Shown here piece by piece: positions 1-12,055 of a DNA stretch of 64,000 nucleotides (position 1 is its first letter; each line of letters starts with the position of its first letter). The translations under genes and the position numbers were made by a program. Below the pieces are notes generated by a model, which made no database searches, was not told the DNA's origin, and saw only the letters and a list, made by a program, of their open reading frames with translations. Source of the stretch: Vicugna vicugna (Eukaryota); the NCBI GenBank assembly GCA_013265495.1, contig MU057576.1, forward strand, positions 530,982 through 594,981. Reading direction: 5' to 3'.

Positions 1-429
1 ATTCTACATCTTTAGACATTTACAGTCAATGCTTATGTTTTCCCTCCAGTGACTTTTCTTCTTCCACTGAAGACTGTGAACATTCTTCAGAGCTCAGACT
101 TCAGCTTTACCCATCTCTACATCCGTTCAGGTTTCACCCACTCCAATAGTTCCATCTATTACATTTACCCACAAAACTCTCAGACCTCTGTCCCTGGTTC
201 TGACATTTGCTGTACTCCACCCCACCATTCTTGTTTTCAGGCCAGCTCCATCTGCTTTTGCTGTAGCCACCTTAAGTGCAAAAGGCTGGAGGACATGCTT
301 CCCCTCAAGCTCCTTATTCACTTCCTCTTATTATTCTTTTCTTTGAAATGTTTCATCTGTAGCCCTTCCTTTCCATTTCCAGAGATAAAAAGGCTAATGT
401 AGGCCATCATTACCACCATCACCTACATG

Positions 430-1250
430 CATATATTCATCCAGAAAATTTTGATTGAACACCTACTTTGTGCCTGGCACTGGAGATACAGCTGTAAATG
501 CAACAACAATCACTGCCATTGAGCAGTTTACATTCTAGTGGGGAAGGCAGGTGAAAAACAAGAAAATATATAAAACATGCTTAATAATAAAAATGCTAAT
601 AAAAAATAAAGCAAGGAAGGGGAAGAAGAAGTGTAAGAGTGGGGAATTATGATTTATCTAGACTGATCACAGAAGGCCTCATGGAGTAAAAACCAAAAGG
701 AAGAAAATGACCATTTGGATATCTGAGCATTTCAAGTTGGAGACACAGTGGGAATATATCCTAGTGTATCTGTGGGACAAACAGTGAGGGATCCAGTGTG
801 GCTGGAGAGACGCAGTGACTGCAAGAGACCATGAAAGGCCTTGACCGCTGTAAGGAGTTGGGTTTTTATTCTAATTGAAAAGGGAAGCTATTGCAAGGTT
901 TTAAACAGAAAAGTAAGGCAACTTATTTTCAAATTTTATTTTAAACAGCTTCCTTAAGGTAAAATACATACAATAATCTATATATATTTAAAGTGTACAG
1001 TTTGATAAGTTGACATGTTTACACCCATGAAGTCATCAACATAATCAAGATAATAAATATCCATCAACTGAAAAGCTTTCCTTGTATCCTTTTTTATATG
1101 TTTTTACCAGAATCACTCTGAGCTGCTACGTTGAGTATAAGCTAAAGAGGGGTAAAAAAGGAGGCAAGATGCCACTGTAATTATCCAGAAGAGAGGTGAT
1201 GGCATCTCGGACCAGGGAGATAAGCAGTGGCTATAGTGAGAAGTAGCTGA
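430..1250 (-). mobile_element. LINE2 3' fragment interrupted by an old L1 fragment (~940-1100)
   Basis: TTGATTGAACACCTACTTTGTGCCTGGCAC resembles the antisense L2 3' end. The inner AAAGTGTACAGTTTGATAAGTTGACATG...ATCAAGATA resembles an L1M 3' UTR. Boundaries approximate. Confidence 0.6.
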
Positions 1251-1899
1251 TTAAAAACTCACTAAACTTGTAACTTCCTGCTGCTTATCCACTCTAATTC
1301 ACTCTGAAGACAAACGAACAAATATGTTTCTTTCATAGGATAACTCCCTCCCTACAAAAACGTATTTTAGTTACATAGTGCCCTGAGGCTATAGTCCCAA
1401 TTCCGTTAGGCCCTGCTGCTTCGATCCCTACTCTCAAATCTACATCTTGGCCTCCTTATATTCCCGCTCCTTTCATTCCCCTCCACTTTGCCTTTCTTTT
1501 CTATTCCCACCACACTTCTCACCCCTACCCGCACCCCTAGTCTCTAAATTTTACCCACACAAATCCCACTTCCTCCTGAAAGTCTTTCAGGGTCTCTACT
1601 GGGATCTCTCCTTTCTTGAGTCTCCAATTGCACTTGATGTTAATACTTCATAGTAATCTTACCTCTTTTTTTTTTTTGACTCATAGTAATCTTACCCTTG
1701 TTTTGTTTTGTCTCGTTTTCTAATCTCTCTTTTGCCCAGGGACATCGATGTACCAGCTCTAGGGCCCCGACGTCCTCCCCAAGTACAAGACTGGGCCTAT
1801 GCTACTGCAGAAGCTCTCTGCCTCAGCGTGTCTGTGTGCGGTAGTGTCCTAGCCGCCCTCCCCTCCTTCTTGGGCATCTGCTCTGCATTAGTCTGTCCC

Positions 1900-2950
1900 A
1901 GGCCTCCGCAGGCGCCGGTGATTGAATCATCATCATTAACCAGGGCCTGCCCCCCCTGCCCCAATTCTCGGCGGCAGCGGGGAGGAAGGGGCGGGGGTAA
2001 GATCACTACCAAGTCCCTGGAGGTCCCTCCCTCCCCGCCACCCTCTCCGAGATTTCGCATAGCCCCAAGAAACTCCCGCTGTGGAGCCGGGAGAAGGCCC
2101 GCCATCGGTATGAAGCTCCGTAACGCGGACGCGTCAGCCGAGGAGGGCTGCACTAGAAGTAAAAGGCCCGGAGGGGCTTCTTTAGCGGGGATGTCGTCAC
2201 AGGAGATCGACGACCGTGAGCGGTGGCGGGCGAAGACCGCCGGGCCTGTCGGGGTAGAAGGTGGGGTCTTTTGCAGGCTCCAAAAGTTAGTCCCGAGGTC
2301 GTGTAGGGTCTATTATGATGATTACTACAACAGGTCAATGAGATAGGACCCCTTCCTACGCGCCCCCTACTCCCTAATTACAGATTGAGGAGGGGGAGGG
2401 GCCAGTGGGGCTCAGGTGAGCACACGGGGAGAAAGGGACGTGGGCGGGGCCTTACAGAGGGTCAGCGAATCCGAAAAGACTTAAGCCTTCGTTGCGAGGC
2501 GACAAGTCCCGCCCCGCAGGCGGCACCGGAAGTGGCAGGCCAGGATCAGCCTTTAAGATGGCGTCTCCTCAGGGGGGCCAGATTGCGATCGCGATGAGGC
2601 TTCGGAACCAGCTCCAGTCAGTGTACAAGATGGACCCGCTACGAAACGAGGTGCAGGGGCGGCAGGGTTATCACTGTGGTCGGCTAGCGGTGCGAACTGG
2701 GGCCGGCTAGAGGACGGGCGGTGGCTGGCCGGGTGCCCAGTGCGCCTGCGCAGAGGCAGGGTGCCCAATGCGCCTGCGCGATTGCGGTTGGGTTGCCAAA
2801 CTCCGGGCTAGGACGCCTGCGCATTGTGCTGCCTACGTCTTGTAGTCTCCCCTGGGAAAGGAAAGTCGGGAGAGTCCACGTAAACCGAACCCCAGCTGTG
2901 CACGGAGCCCTCTGCCGGGCAGAAGGGGAGTGCCAGCCCTCGGGAGCTAA
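1900..2950. promoter_or_regulatory. CpG island / PCGF1 promoter
   Basis: CpG-rich, with GC boxes, ETS CCGGAAGT 2526-2533, YY1-type AAGATGGCG 2555-2563 over the ATG, and NRF1-like TGCGCCTGCGCA 2741-2752. Edges approximate. Confidence 0.8.
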
Positions 2951-4729
2951 TTCTCAGCTAACCGCGCAGGGTGCGGGGCTTGGCCTTGGGATACAATGAG
3001 AGGTGACTTCTAAGTTGTGAAGGCCCACGGGTTGGGGTTGGGGGAGTGATCGTTGACCGAGGTTGTGTTTGCAGGAGGAGGTCCGAGTAAAGATCAAAGA
3101 CTTAAATGAGCACATCGTCTGCTGCTTGTGCGCAGGCTATTTCGTGGACGCCACCACCATCACAGAGTGTCTTCATACGTGTGAGTGCTCTGGACTCTGG
3201 CTGGTTCTTCCAGGCCCTACTCCCCTCCAAACTGGCTGCCAGCCTCTAGGCTGCTTCCCCAACCACCCAGGCACCCCGACCCAGCCCATGAACTCGATTT
3301 CCAGAGGGCCTGAGAATCTACTTTTCTCTTCATGCAGTCTGCAAGAGCTGTATTGTGAAGTACCTCCAAACCAGCAAGTACTGCCCCATGTGCAACATCA
3401 AGATCCACGAGACACAGCCACTGCTCAACCTCAAACTGGACCGGGTCATGCAGGACATCGTGTACAAGCTAGTGCCTGGTTTGCAAGACAGTGAGTGACC
3501 AGCCTTTGAGGGGTCTCTAGAGGACTGATGCGGGGTGGCAGGTTATGGTGACAAGGGCTTTGGTGGGAATCATGCAGGTAAAGAGGCCGACAGCTAAAAG
3601 GACAAAGAGTGCGGGAGGGCCTATGCTTCCCACACTCCACTCCCTTCTAGGTGAAGAGAAACGGATCCGAGAATTCTACCAGTCCCGAGGCTTGGACCGA
3701 GTCACCCAACCCAGCGGGGAAGGTATGTCCCTTGGTGGCAGGAGGGTAAGGTAAAGCCCCAGAGCATTCCTCCTGCCCAGTTTTGCTCCCTGGGGAAGGA
3801 GTATGGAACATGTGCCAACCCTCCTCACTACTCTGTCTTTCTCAGAGCCAGCCCTGAGCAACCTCGGCCTCCCCTTCAGCAGCTTCGACCACTCCAAAGC
3901 CCACTACTACCGCTATGATGAGCAGCTGAGCCTATGTCTGGAGCGGCTGAGGTGAGGGGGCAGGTCATGGACCATCTGAAGTGACAGTGACAATGACCCA
4001 GAGCCAGAGAGGGGCTCAGGGTGGGACCGAGCAGTGAAGGAGTGTCTGTTTCCCTTGGAGAGAGAGTATATCTTGGCTCTGGGTGGGGGGCAGGGGAAAG
4101 ATAGGGCTCCCTAACCTGTGTCTGTTTCCCCTCAGTTCTGGCAAAGACAAGAGTAAAAGCGTCCTTCAGGTGAGAGGGGCTTAAGGGAGGGCCTCTCTAA
4201 GGAGACTTACCTCCCCATGGCCCTTCCCTCACACACCTTATCCTCTTCCTTTCCCTTCTGACCCCCCAGAACAAATATGTCCGATGTTCTGTTAGAGCTG
4301 AGGTTCGCCATCTCCGGAGGGTCTTATGTCACCGCTTGATGCTGAATCCCCAGCATGTGAGTATTCCCACAGCAGGGTTTTCTGGGGCAGGGGAGAAGGG
4401 ACTAAGAAAGGAGGAACACAGTCTGGGGTAGACCAGGGTAGTTCTTGACCTACGCAGGAGGAGAGTTCCTAAAACTGTGCCCCCATCTCCCGCCTAGGTG
4501 CAGCTCCTTTTTGACAATGAAGTTCTCCCTGATCACATGACCATGAAGCAGATATGGCTCTCCCGCTGGTTCGGCAAGGTGAGCCAGTGCCAAGGCAGTC
4601 CCCAGGGCAGGGGTGGGCTGAGGCGGCCTTTTGGGTAGGAACGTTCCTGCTGACTACCTCCTCCCCTTGTTCTCTCCTTAGCCATCCCCTTTGCTTTTAC
4701 AATACAGTGTAAAAGAGAAGAGGAGGTAG
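2558..4729 (+). CDS. PCGF1: Polycomb group RING finger protein 1 (259 aa, 9 exons)
   Basis: Exons 2558-2650, 3075-3180, 3338-3490, 3651-3722, 3846-3951, 4136-4169, 4270-4356, 4498-4578, 4682-4729. All GT-AG, total 780 nt. Reads MASPQGGQIAIAMRLRNQLQ..., RING [25 protein letters not shown]...CPMC, C-terminus ...PSPLLLQYSVKEKRR*. Confidence 0.98.
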
Positions 4730-4806
4730 GGGCCAAGCCCCCACCCCACCCCTCCCCATTCCCTCCCAGATATTTATGTGAAATTAACCTCGGCTTTATT
4801 TTTTGA

Positions 4807-4812
4807 AATAAA
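4807..4812 (+). terminator. PCGF1 polyadenylation signal AATAAA
   Basis: AATAAA about 80 nt after the stop, followed by U/GU-rich sequence. Confidence 0.8.
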
Positions 4813-6329
4813 AACTTTTAAAAAGCATCTCTCTTTTCCCTTTTTGTTCTGCCACACGCATGCTTTGTCCTGTGACCTGCTTCCCTCTTGAGAAATCCTC
4901 TGGAGTTTCATCAAGAAGGAGGGCCTCTCTTTGTCGGTGGTCCCTCAGTGAATTGCCAAAGGAAAGTGGTAGAGGACCCTACGTATGTAAAACTCAGAAG
5001 GTGAGCTAAGTGAAACCAGGTCATGCAAATCAGCTTCTTTTTGGTGAAGGGAAGGGGAGCTCTCACTGTCCTTGAATGTTGCCACATATGATGCAGGTCT
5101 GAGTGGAGGTATCCTAATTCAAGAGTGGGGCTAGGGTTGGACAGTGGCCACTGCAGGGCTGAGGAAGAGTGATATTTTAAAGAAAATACAAAGAATTGCA
5201 CTATGTGGGGAGGAGTCCTTAAAAAACTGAGACGCAAGACCACACCGGGGATAGTCACAGTTGGAAACCTGGCAATCCATACAAGATTTGGTGGGTCTTC
5301 AGAAACCTGGGCTGGGCGAAGCCAGGGAGTTGAGGAGGAGAGGAAGCTGGTGCTCAGGAGAGGCGGCTTTAAGGAACAAGAGGGAAGCAGCAAGTTTTCC
5401 TTGTCTGTATGAGCCAGACAGTAACAGGAGAGGCTGGAGGCCAATGCAAGGCATTCCTGAAGGAACCTAATGAGCTGTTGTGGAATCTGGGACAAACAGG
5501 ATGGTGCAGGTGGCATAAATGTGGCCAGAACCTGATTTTAAAGCCTAAATCTCACACTGCCCAAAGTCTGACCCCATTAATTCAAGGCGGTCTTTGGGCA
5601 TAGCTGGTGAGGGCTGAAGGCACCTGAATTTCCCCAGATGGAGATTGAAGATTAGAGATTATGTGGCAGAGAACTCGGGACGGGAGTAGTAAAGGCAGCC
5701 TGAACTGGCTGAGAGAGACAGTGACTCAGGGGGCAAACACCTGGGCTGTCTCCCAGAGCACAGTACGCCTGGGATGAAGCTCGTAGGCCAAGAGAATGGC
5801 CTGTGGATAGACTGCAGACAGCAAGGAAGAGCCCTTGGAGTGCACTGGGCAGGCAGTGGGGACCGGGATGGGGACACTGCAGAGCCACTGGCCCAGGCCC
5901 GATTCCTTCCTGACACCACTCCAAGATTCCTAAAGCTTCCCATGTCTCAGGCCTCATGCCTGGAATGTCTCCCCTGCCATACTGAGCTGTCCTTGGAAGG
6001 CCTAAGTGTCACTTCCTCCAGGACGCCCTCCCTTAGTCAGAATCAGGGCTTCTTCCACTGTCTGCGGCCTGCCTCCCCACCAGCATACATCTTGAGGTTT
6101 GGGATGAATTCTGTCTATCTCAGGATTTCCTGCTCTCTTCTCCTCTGGGGACTCCCAAGACCACTGCGCTCTGGTTGTTGTCAAGACATTTGTGTGTAAA
6201 AGGGTATTTCCAAGGAGTGACTCCAGAGGAAGAAATGTGGGCTGGAGGGGGATGGGATGAAGGTAAGGAGAATAGAAATGCCCCTGGGTACTTAGCAGGG
6301 GCCCCAGGAACTTGGGCGTAGTCAGATGG

Positions 6330-7270
6330 GGTTTGGCGGCAGATTGGCGCCTGGCACGTCCAGTCAGAAGATAAGGCTGCCCGAGGCCCGCCTGAGGACC
6401 AAGCCTGGGGATGAGGCCTGGCTTGTGGCCAAGAAGCAGCGGAAAGCGATCTGGGATGGAGCGGCTGTCCGCCTCGCCACCAGCTCAGCAGAGCCTTCTT
6501 TTTGTCTGTCAGCGGCCGGCGGTGGGGTGCAGCTGCCGGGCGTCTCCCGAGGTGGCTGATGCAGGCCGGCTGCAGGCACCATCCTGCTCTCCCTCCATCC
6601 ATGGGCTCATTACTCTCCTGCCTGGCTTGCCCCGCGCAGACCTTGTCCCTCGGGGTCACCCGGGTCTTGATCTGCGCCAGGGCGGTCGAATCAAGCCAAG
6701 ATTCTCTTGTGTGCGGCATTCAAAGCGAAGCCGCCCCAGTGCGCGGCCCTCCCTTTCCTGGGCGCCCAGCACCGAGGCTTCAGGGTGGAGGCATTAGTCC
6801 TCACCTGCAGGGCCAGGCCTGCCTGGCCCCTGCCCCTCCTCACCTAGCCGTTTCCGCGGTCCACACTTACCTGGGGAAGGGGGCACCGAGATTTGCTCCT
6901 GTCTTTGGCGCAGAGGGGGACCGGTCCCTCTCAGCCTGGCCGGTCTCTCCCAGGACTCGGGTGTGGGAAGGGGTGAGGAGCTGGGGAAAAGGGGCTTTCC
7001 TGGAACAGTGAGTCTCAAGGTGTACGCCCCTGTGAGCGGGTGGGGAGCGTCTGAGCATCCCCGCTCCCCTACCCAAGCCCACACACCCGCGGGTTTCCCC
7101 GCGGCGGTTGCGCAGAGCTTTTTGTGAGCCGGCGTAAAGGGCCGAAAAGAACTCACAAACCTTAGGCCCTAGAAGTAAGAAAAAAATTTGTGTCTGAATC
7201 AGCTCTGTCTGCATTAACGACTTCTGAAAGAGAAACCATCCCAGAAGTGTGCGAGATGGACGGACGCCCC
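6330..7270. promoter_or_regulatory. Intergenic CpG-rich region between PCGF1 and LBX2; probable upstream LBX2 / antisense lncRNA promoter
   Basis: Local CpG enrichment with no credible CDS, a GT donor at 7175 and a GC box near 7267. Position corresponds to the human LBX2-AS1 / alternative LBX2 exon region (recalled). Confidence 0.5.
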
Positions 7271-10200
7271 GCCCCACTTTCCTCTGCCTGGAGTTTCCTC
7301 CCTAAATTGCCGCTTCTCTCTTATTCTGGTTAATGGATTTTCCCCAAGGGGAGGGGAGGACAGGACATGCACATCTCTTGAGACTGTCCTTCTCAGCTAT
7401 TCACTGCCCCAAGGAGGTAATTCTGATGATCCCCAAACACACCCCCCACGCACACGCAAAATTGGGAGAAATGGATGGATGGGAAATCCGGGAGACTGAA
7501 GGCCATTTATTGAGCAGATAGGGATGCCAAGAAGGGGGAGGGGGGGACATCTAGGGCAGGCCTGAGTAAAGGAACCTGCAAGATGAGAGGCTGAGGTGGG
7601 TATGGCGGATAAGAAGTACGGTGTCAGGGAATGAGAAATAAGATGGGGGTGATGAGGAAAGGGAATTCTAGAGGACAAGGCAGAGAGGGTTGGACCACAG
7701 GGGTGGGAGGAATGGCGGGAAGAGATGCACTGGAGGGCGGCAGCACTCCCAAAGTGTGGGGGGGTAGCCTATGAGACAGCTGAGCGCCCCGCCACCCCTG
7801 CCCCAGGCAGCCCAGAACCCAGGTTTAATCTCTTAATCTCCCTCATTAATCATTCACCCTCCTCCCACCCCACTCGGAGGATCTGGTTTCTCCCCAGCTC
7901 AGGTTCCAGGGGCTTTGCTGGGAAAAGTCCCCTCCTGTGGCCCCACAATTGTCTGGACAAGTCCCTGGCCGCTGGGATGACCTTAGCTGGGCTCTACTGC
8001 CAGCAGCTCCTCCCTTGAGTAGTCCTCCATCTCTCTCCGCCCCCAAACCTACATCTGGAGATCGCCAAACCCCACTGTCCAACCCCATTCCTAAGCCTGG
8101 TTGCTCTGGGGAGAAGGTTAGAGAGACGGAAAGGGAGGAAAGCAAAGGCCCTACAGGAGAGCCCGAGCTGATACACAACAGTAATTGAGAGCAGAAGAGA
8201 TGACATAAAGGCCACATAGAGGGTGCACGAGTGAGGGTCGTAGTGTCTGGTGACAGGCCTGGGATATAAGCTAGGCAGTTCCTGCAGCCTCCTGGGACTC
8301 CCTTTAATTGCAGATTAAATGAAACCACCAGGATGGGTCAGAGGGCTGCATCCTCTAACTAGGAGGCCTTCTCCTGGCCCTCCTCCACCCTCCACCATTA
8401 ATAACCAATAAACAAGATCCTGAGGCATCTCAGCTTTTCACGCTCTGGTCTCTGACCCAACAAGTGGCCCACTGGGCTGTGTTGCTCAGGCTGCCATGAG
8501 GGTATTATATGATTGTCTGGATGTGTCTTAGGGGATGGAGGGGTGTCATGGGAGGGAGCTTTTTACCAAGAAGACCCTGTGTTTCTTCACCTTTGTTGGG
8601 TGTGAGCTAGGTCAGTGCCTCAGGTCACACGAGGTTCCCTGACCCCCATTACCAAAGTCCCTTCCTGTCCTTATCAAAGGGTCTCTGACCCAGGTGCCTT
8701 GGATTTCCCAAGCTCAGGTTTAGGCACCCCAACTGCAGGCTCCACTTGCCCCAGGGAATAGACAGGGGGACCCAGAGGATCACTGCACAAATGGTGGGAG
8801 GTACAGAAGTCTACAGAGAAGGTGACATGATGGACAGTCCAGGAGAGACCGGCCCACATTTTCATGGCACTGTTCAAAAACTTCTGTGGAAACCCATAGC
8901 AGTTTCTTAGGGGTGGTGAGTTGCTTAGAGGTGGTGGGGCTTCTCTGCCTCTGGGCCGTGAACTCCCTAGCTCATTGGGAGGCAATTTGTGAACAAAACC
9001 CTTTTTCCATGAGGCCTCCACTGGTGAGCAGTGCTGACCCAGAGCTGCTTTATTCCTACTAAGAAGGGCTGTGGTGCGAGCCCAGGACAATAGGTGTGGG
9101 AGTGAAGAGGGAAAGACAGGACACAGATAAAAGAGCAATGACTACCCCATGTCTTAGAATTTGTCCCTGGATAGGCAGGGGTTTCTGTCCCAGGATTTGG
9201 ATGGGCAGATAAATTCTGCCCTTCAAGTCACTCTTCTATAGGGAGTGACCATAATTTTCCTCAGCAGTGACCAGTGGCCCTTCCTACTGCTGCTGATGCT
9301 AGGTGGTTTCTGGGCCTCCCAGGCTGAGGGACCCCTACTCCAATTACAGGAGCTTAATAAAGAAACAAAGACAGATGGACTGGTAGACCTAAAGAGTAAG
9401 CAGGAGGCCCTCGGTGAAGCCAGCCTTCATTGGCGAGGACCCCTCCTGGGCAGTAACCCTAGCTCGGGTTTGCTGTGTCCTCTCTCCTGAGGCCCAAGTC
9501 TCTGGCCCCTTCTCCGTGTGCTCTGGCTTCCTCAGGACCTCTGAGACGCGGCAGGACAGCCGTGGGTCCAGCCAGAGAGCCGGCAGAGTCCACTCACCTG
9601 CGCGCTTGATTCCCCACCGCATCCCCACTATTCCCCGATTGCAGTCGCTCTACCAGTCCAGGTCCTCCCAAGTCTTGAGTCCCCCAGCCCCCAGCGCCGC
9701 GCTAATAATTTCCAGCCGCGCTGGACCTCTTAAAGAGCGTTCCACAGGGGTGGGGCGGGACGAGGGGGCCAGGTCAGGAGACAGAGGTCCTTACTAGGTG
9801 GGACTGGGGGGCTCCCAGCACTGTCAGCTCTACTCTCTCTCCTCGGAATTTTGCAAATCCCCAGCCGCTGGGGCCAGGGAAAGCGATTTTATTGCCTACG
9901 AGTTTATGAGCCAGAGCTGCGGCTAGGCGGGGAGTCTGTGGTACACAGAATCTGGGGGCCGCCCAGGAAGGGTCCAGCCCGAGTGTGCACGGGGCCGTGT
10001 CTGGCCTACGGCCGGGTCTGGCGGAATTGTTCCGCCGGTTTCTCTCCATACCTTCCCACCCTGTAGAAATACCGCTGCCTGGACTTCTACCAGCTCCAGA
10101 CCCACCGCGGCCCCGGGTTGGGGGGTGGGGGCGCAGGAGGAGGGGCATACGAGGCTCGGGCCCAGCGCGGGGGGCGGGTCCGAGTCGGGGGGCCCAGATC

Positions 10201-10275
10201 GGGAGCCGCGCTGGGGCCCAGGCAGCTGCGGAGCCCAGCGCAGCGGGCGGCGGGACTGCCACAGCCCGGCTGGCC

Positions 10276-11919
10276 ATGAGCTCGGGATCCGAGCCCCGGC
10301 CACCTTGGACACCCTTCAGCATCGCAGACATCCTAGGCCCACGTATGGTTCCCCGAGGACCCTCTGCGTCGCAGCTTCCAGAGTCGAGCCCAAGTCCCAC
10401 ATCGCCGCTGTGCGCGCTGGAGGAGCTGACTAGTAAAACTTTCTGCGGACTTGACGGGCACGCTCCACAACCCTCTGAAGGTATAGTGCTGGCAAGGTCG
10501 CGCACTGTGACTTGGCCTTCTCCCCATTTCTCTCCTCCAGGTTACCGATCCTTCGTTCACCCTGACCGCTACCCAAATCCGAGCCCTGCCCTCAGCCCAC
10601 GTGCTGGGGCCGGTATTTCCCTCTGCCCCCCTCCCCTCCTCTAGTTCCCAGGCTCCGCGGCCGCTCCTGGAGGCCGCCAGCGCTGAGGGGAAGGGCCAGT
10701 CTGTCGAGAACTGAGCGACCCGTCGGTCCGTTCGCTGTAGGCGGGGCAATCGCGACAGAGAAAGGTCGGAGAGGAGACAAAAGGCCTGAGCTGGAGGCTG
10801 TGAACGAGTGAGCTAGGACAGGGGCGACGCAGAAAGTGCTGGGAGACGAGGCTCAGGCCTCTCCGAGTGACCGAGCTCCGCTCCAAGCCGCTCTCTTCTG
10901 GAGAGGGCACAAGAACAGAGGGTCCTTGGAACGGCCAGGGCTGCGGGACTCCGCACTCCGCCTTTCCTCGCCCTTTGTACCCCACTCTCTTCCTTTCGGG
11001 CTCGATGAGGGGGAGCCTGTGTCACCAAAAAAAGTAAGCCGAGAGTGCCCGACACGACCCACGAGTCTAAAGAGGGGCACTATCCGGGTCCTGTTTACAC
11101 TCACCGTGCCGGTTGGCTGCCGCTACTCTGACCGTGGTCAGCCCCCGCCTCTGGTTCCCTGGTTCCGGCCCGGATCTGCAAGCCCGCTCCGTCAGGGGCT
11201 CCGGAAGGCCTCAGAGGCCCCGCCCTAGACCTCCAGACAGTTCACGACGTCTCCTCTGGCTTGTCCCATCCTCCTCCCACTCCCCCGTCCCCGCAAGATG
11301 CCCTCGGCCTGCAGCGTACCCCAGTTGCCGATTCCACTTTGTGCGCCCCGCCTCGGGGTCACCTCCCGGCCCCGCCTCACAGTTCGGGAAGGGACAGCGT
11401 TTCTGGCTCCTGTCCCCTTCCTGGTTCCGCACCAAGCCCGCCTCGCTGGCTTGACCCCCATCCCTGCTTTTCCTCCCGGGCCCGACGCCTGATTCCCGCA
11501 GGCTAGAGACTGACGCGCGCCCTATCCCCGCAGGCCGCGCAGCCCCGGGCGCGCTGGGCCCCGGCCCGGCCGGCCGCAGACGGCGGAAGTCACGCACGGC
11601 GTTCACCGCGCAGCAGGTGCTGGAGCTGGAGCGGCGCTTCGTCTTCCAGAAGTACCTGGCGCCTTCCGAGCGCGACGGGCTGGCGGCGAGGCTCGGCTTG
11701 GCCAACGCGCAGGTGGTCACGTGGTTCCAGAACCGGCGCGCCAAGCTCAAGCGCGACGTGGAGGAGATGCGCGCCGACGTGGCCTCGCTGCGCGCGCTGT
11801 CCCCCGAGATCCAGTGCCGCCTGGCGCTGCCTGACGGCGCCCCGGGCCTTGGCCCCGGCCCTGCCCGGCCTGACTCTGGGCCCCACCTGGCAGACGAGGA
11901 GATAGAGGTGGACGATTGA
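10276..11919 (+). CDS. LBX2: Ladybird homeobox 2 (196 aa, 2 exons)
   Basis: Exon 1 10276-10480 (MSSGSEPRPPWTPFSIADILGPR...SPLCALEELTSKTF, with eh1-type FSIADIL). Exon 2 11534-11919 carries the homeodomain RRKSRTAFTAQQVLELERRFVFQKYLAPSERDGLAARLGLANAQVVTWFQNRRAKLKR and ends DEEIEVDD*. Phase-1 junction, 591 nt. Confidence 0.97.
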
Positions 11920-12049
11920 AGCGAAAGCCGCCGTCCGGGCTCCGGGGCGCTGGACTCCGCGCCTCCGCGTCCAGTCGGGGTTCCGGGGTGGAGGGAGGGT
12001 GTCGACCCAGGCCTCACAGCCCAGACGCCCACATTTCCCAACTGCTGAG

Positions 12050-12055
12050 AATAAA
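12050..12055 (+). terminator. LBX2 polyadenylation signal AATAAA
   Basis: AATAAA about 130 nt after the stop. Confidence 0.7.

Noticed and set aside
1708..2346. 212-aa + ORF and 118-aa - ORF upstream of PCGF1
   Set aside because: Non-ATG starts, low-complexity GC-rich composition and no recognisable domain; expected in a CpG island.
4911..6719. Several 100-200 aa ORFs between PCGF1 and LBX2
   Set aside because: No recognisable similarity or coherent splice structure; mostly non-ATG starts.
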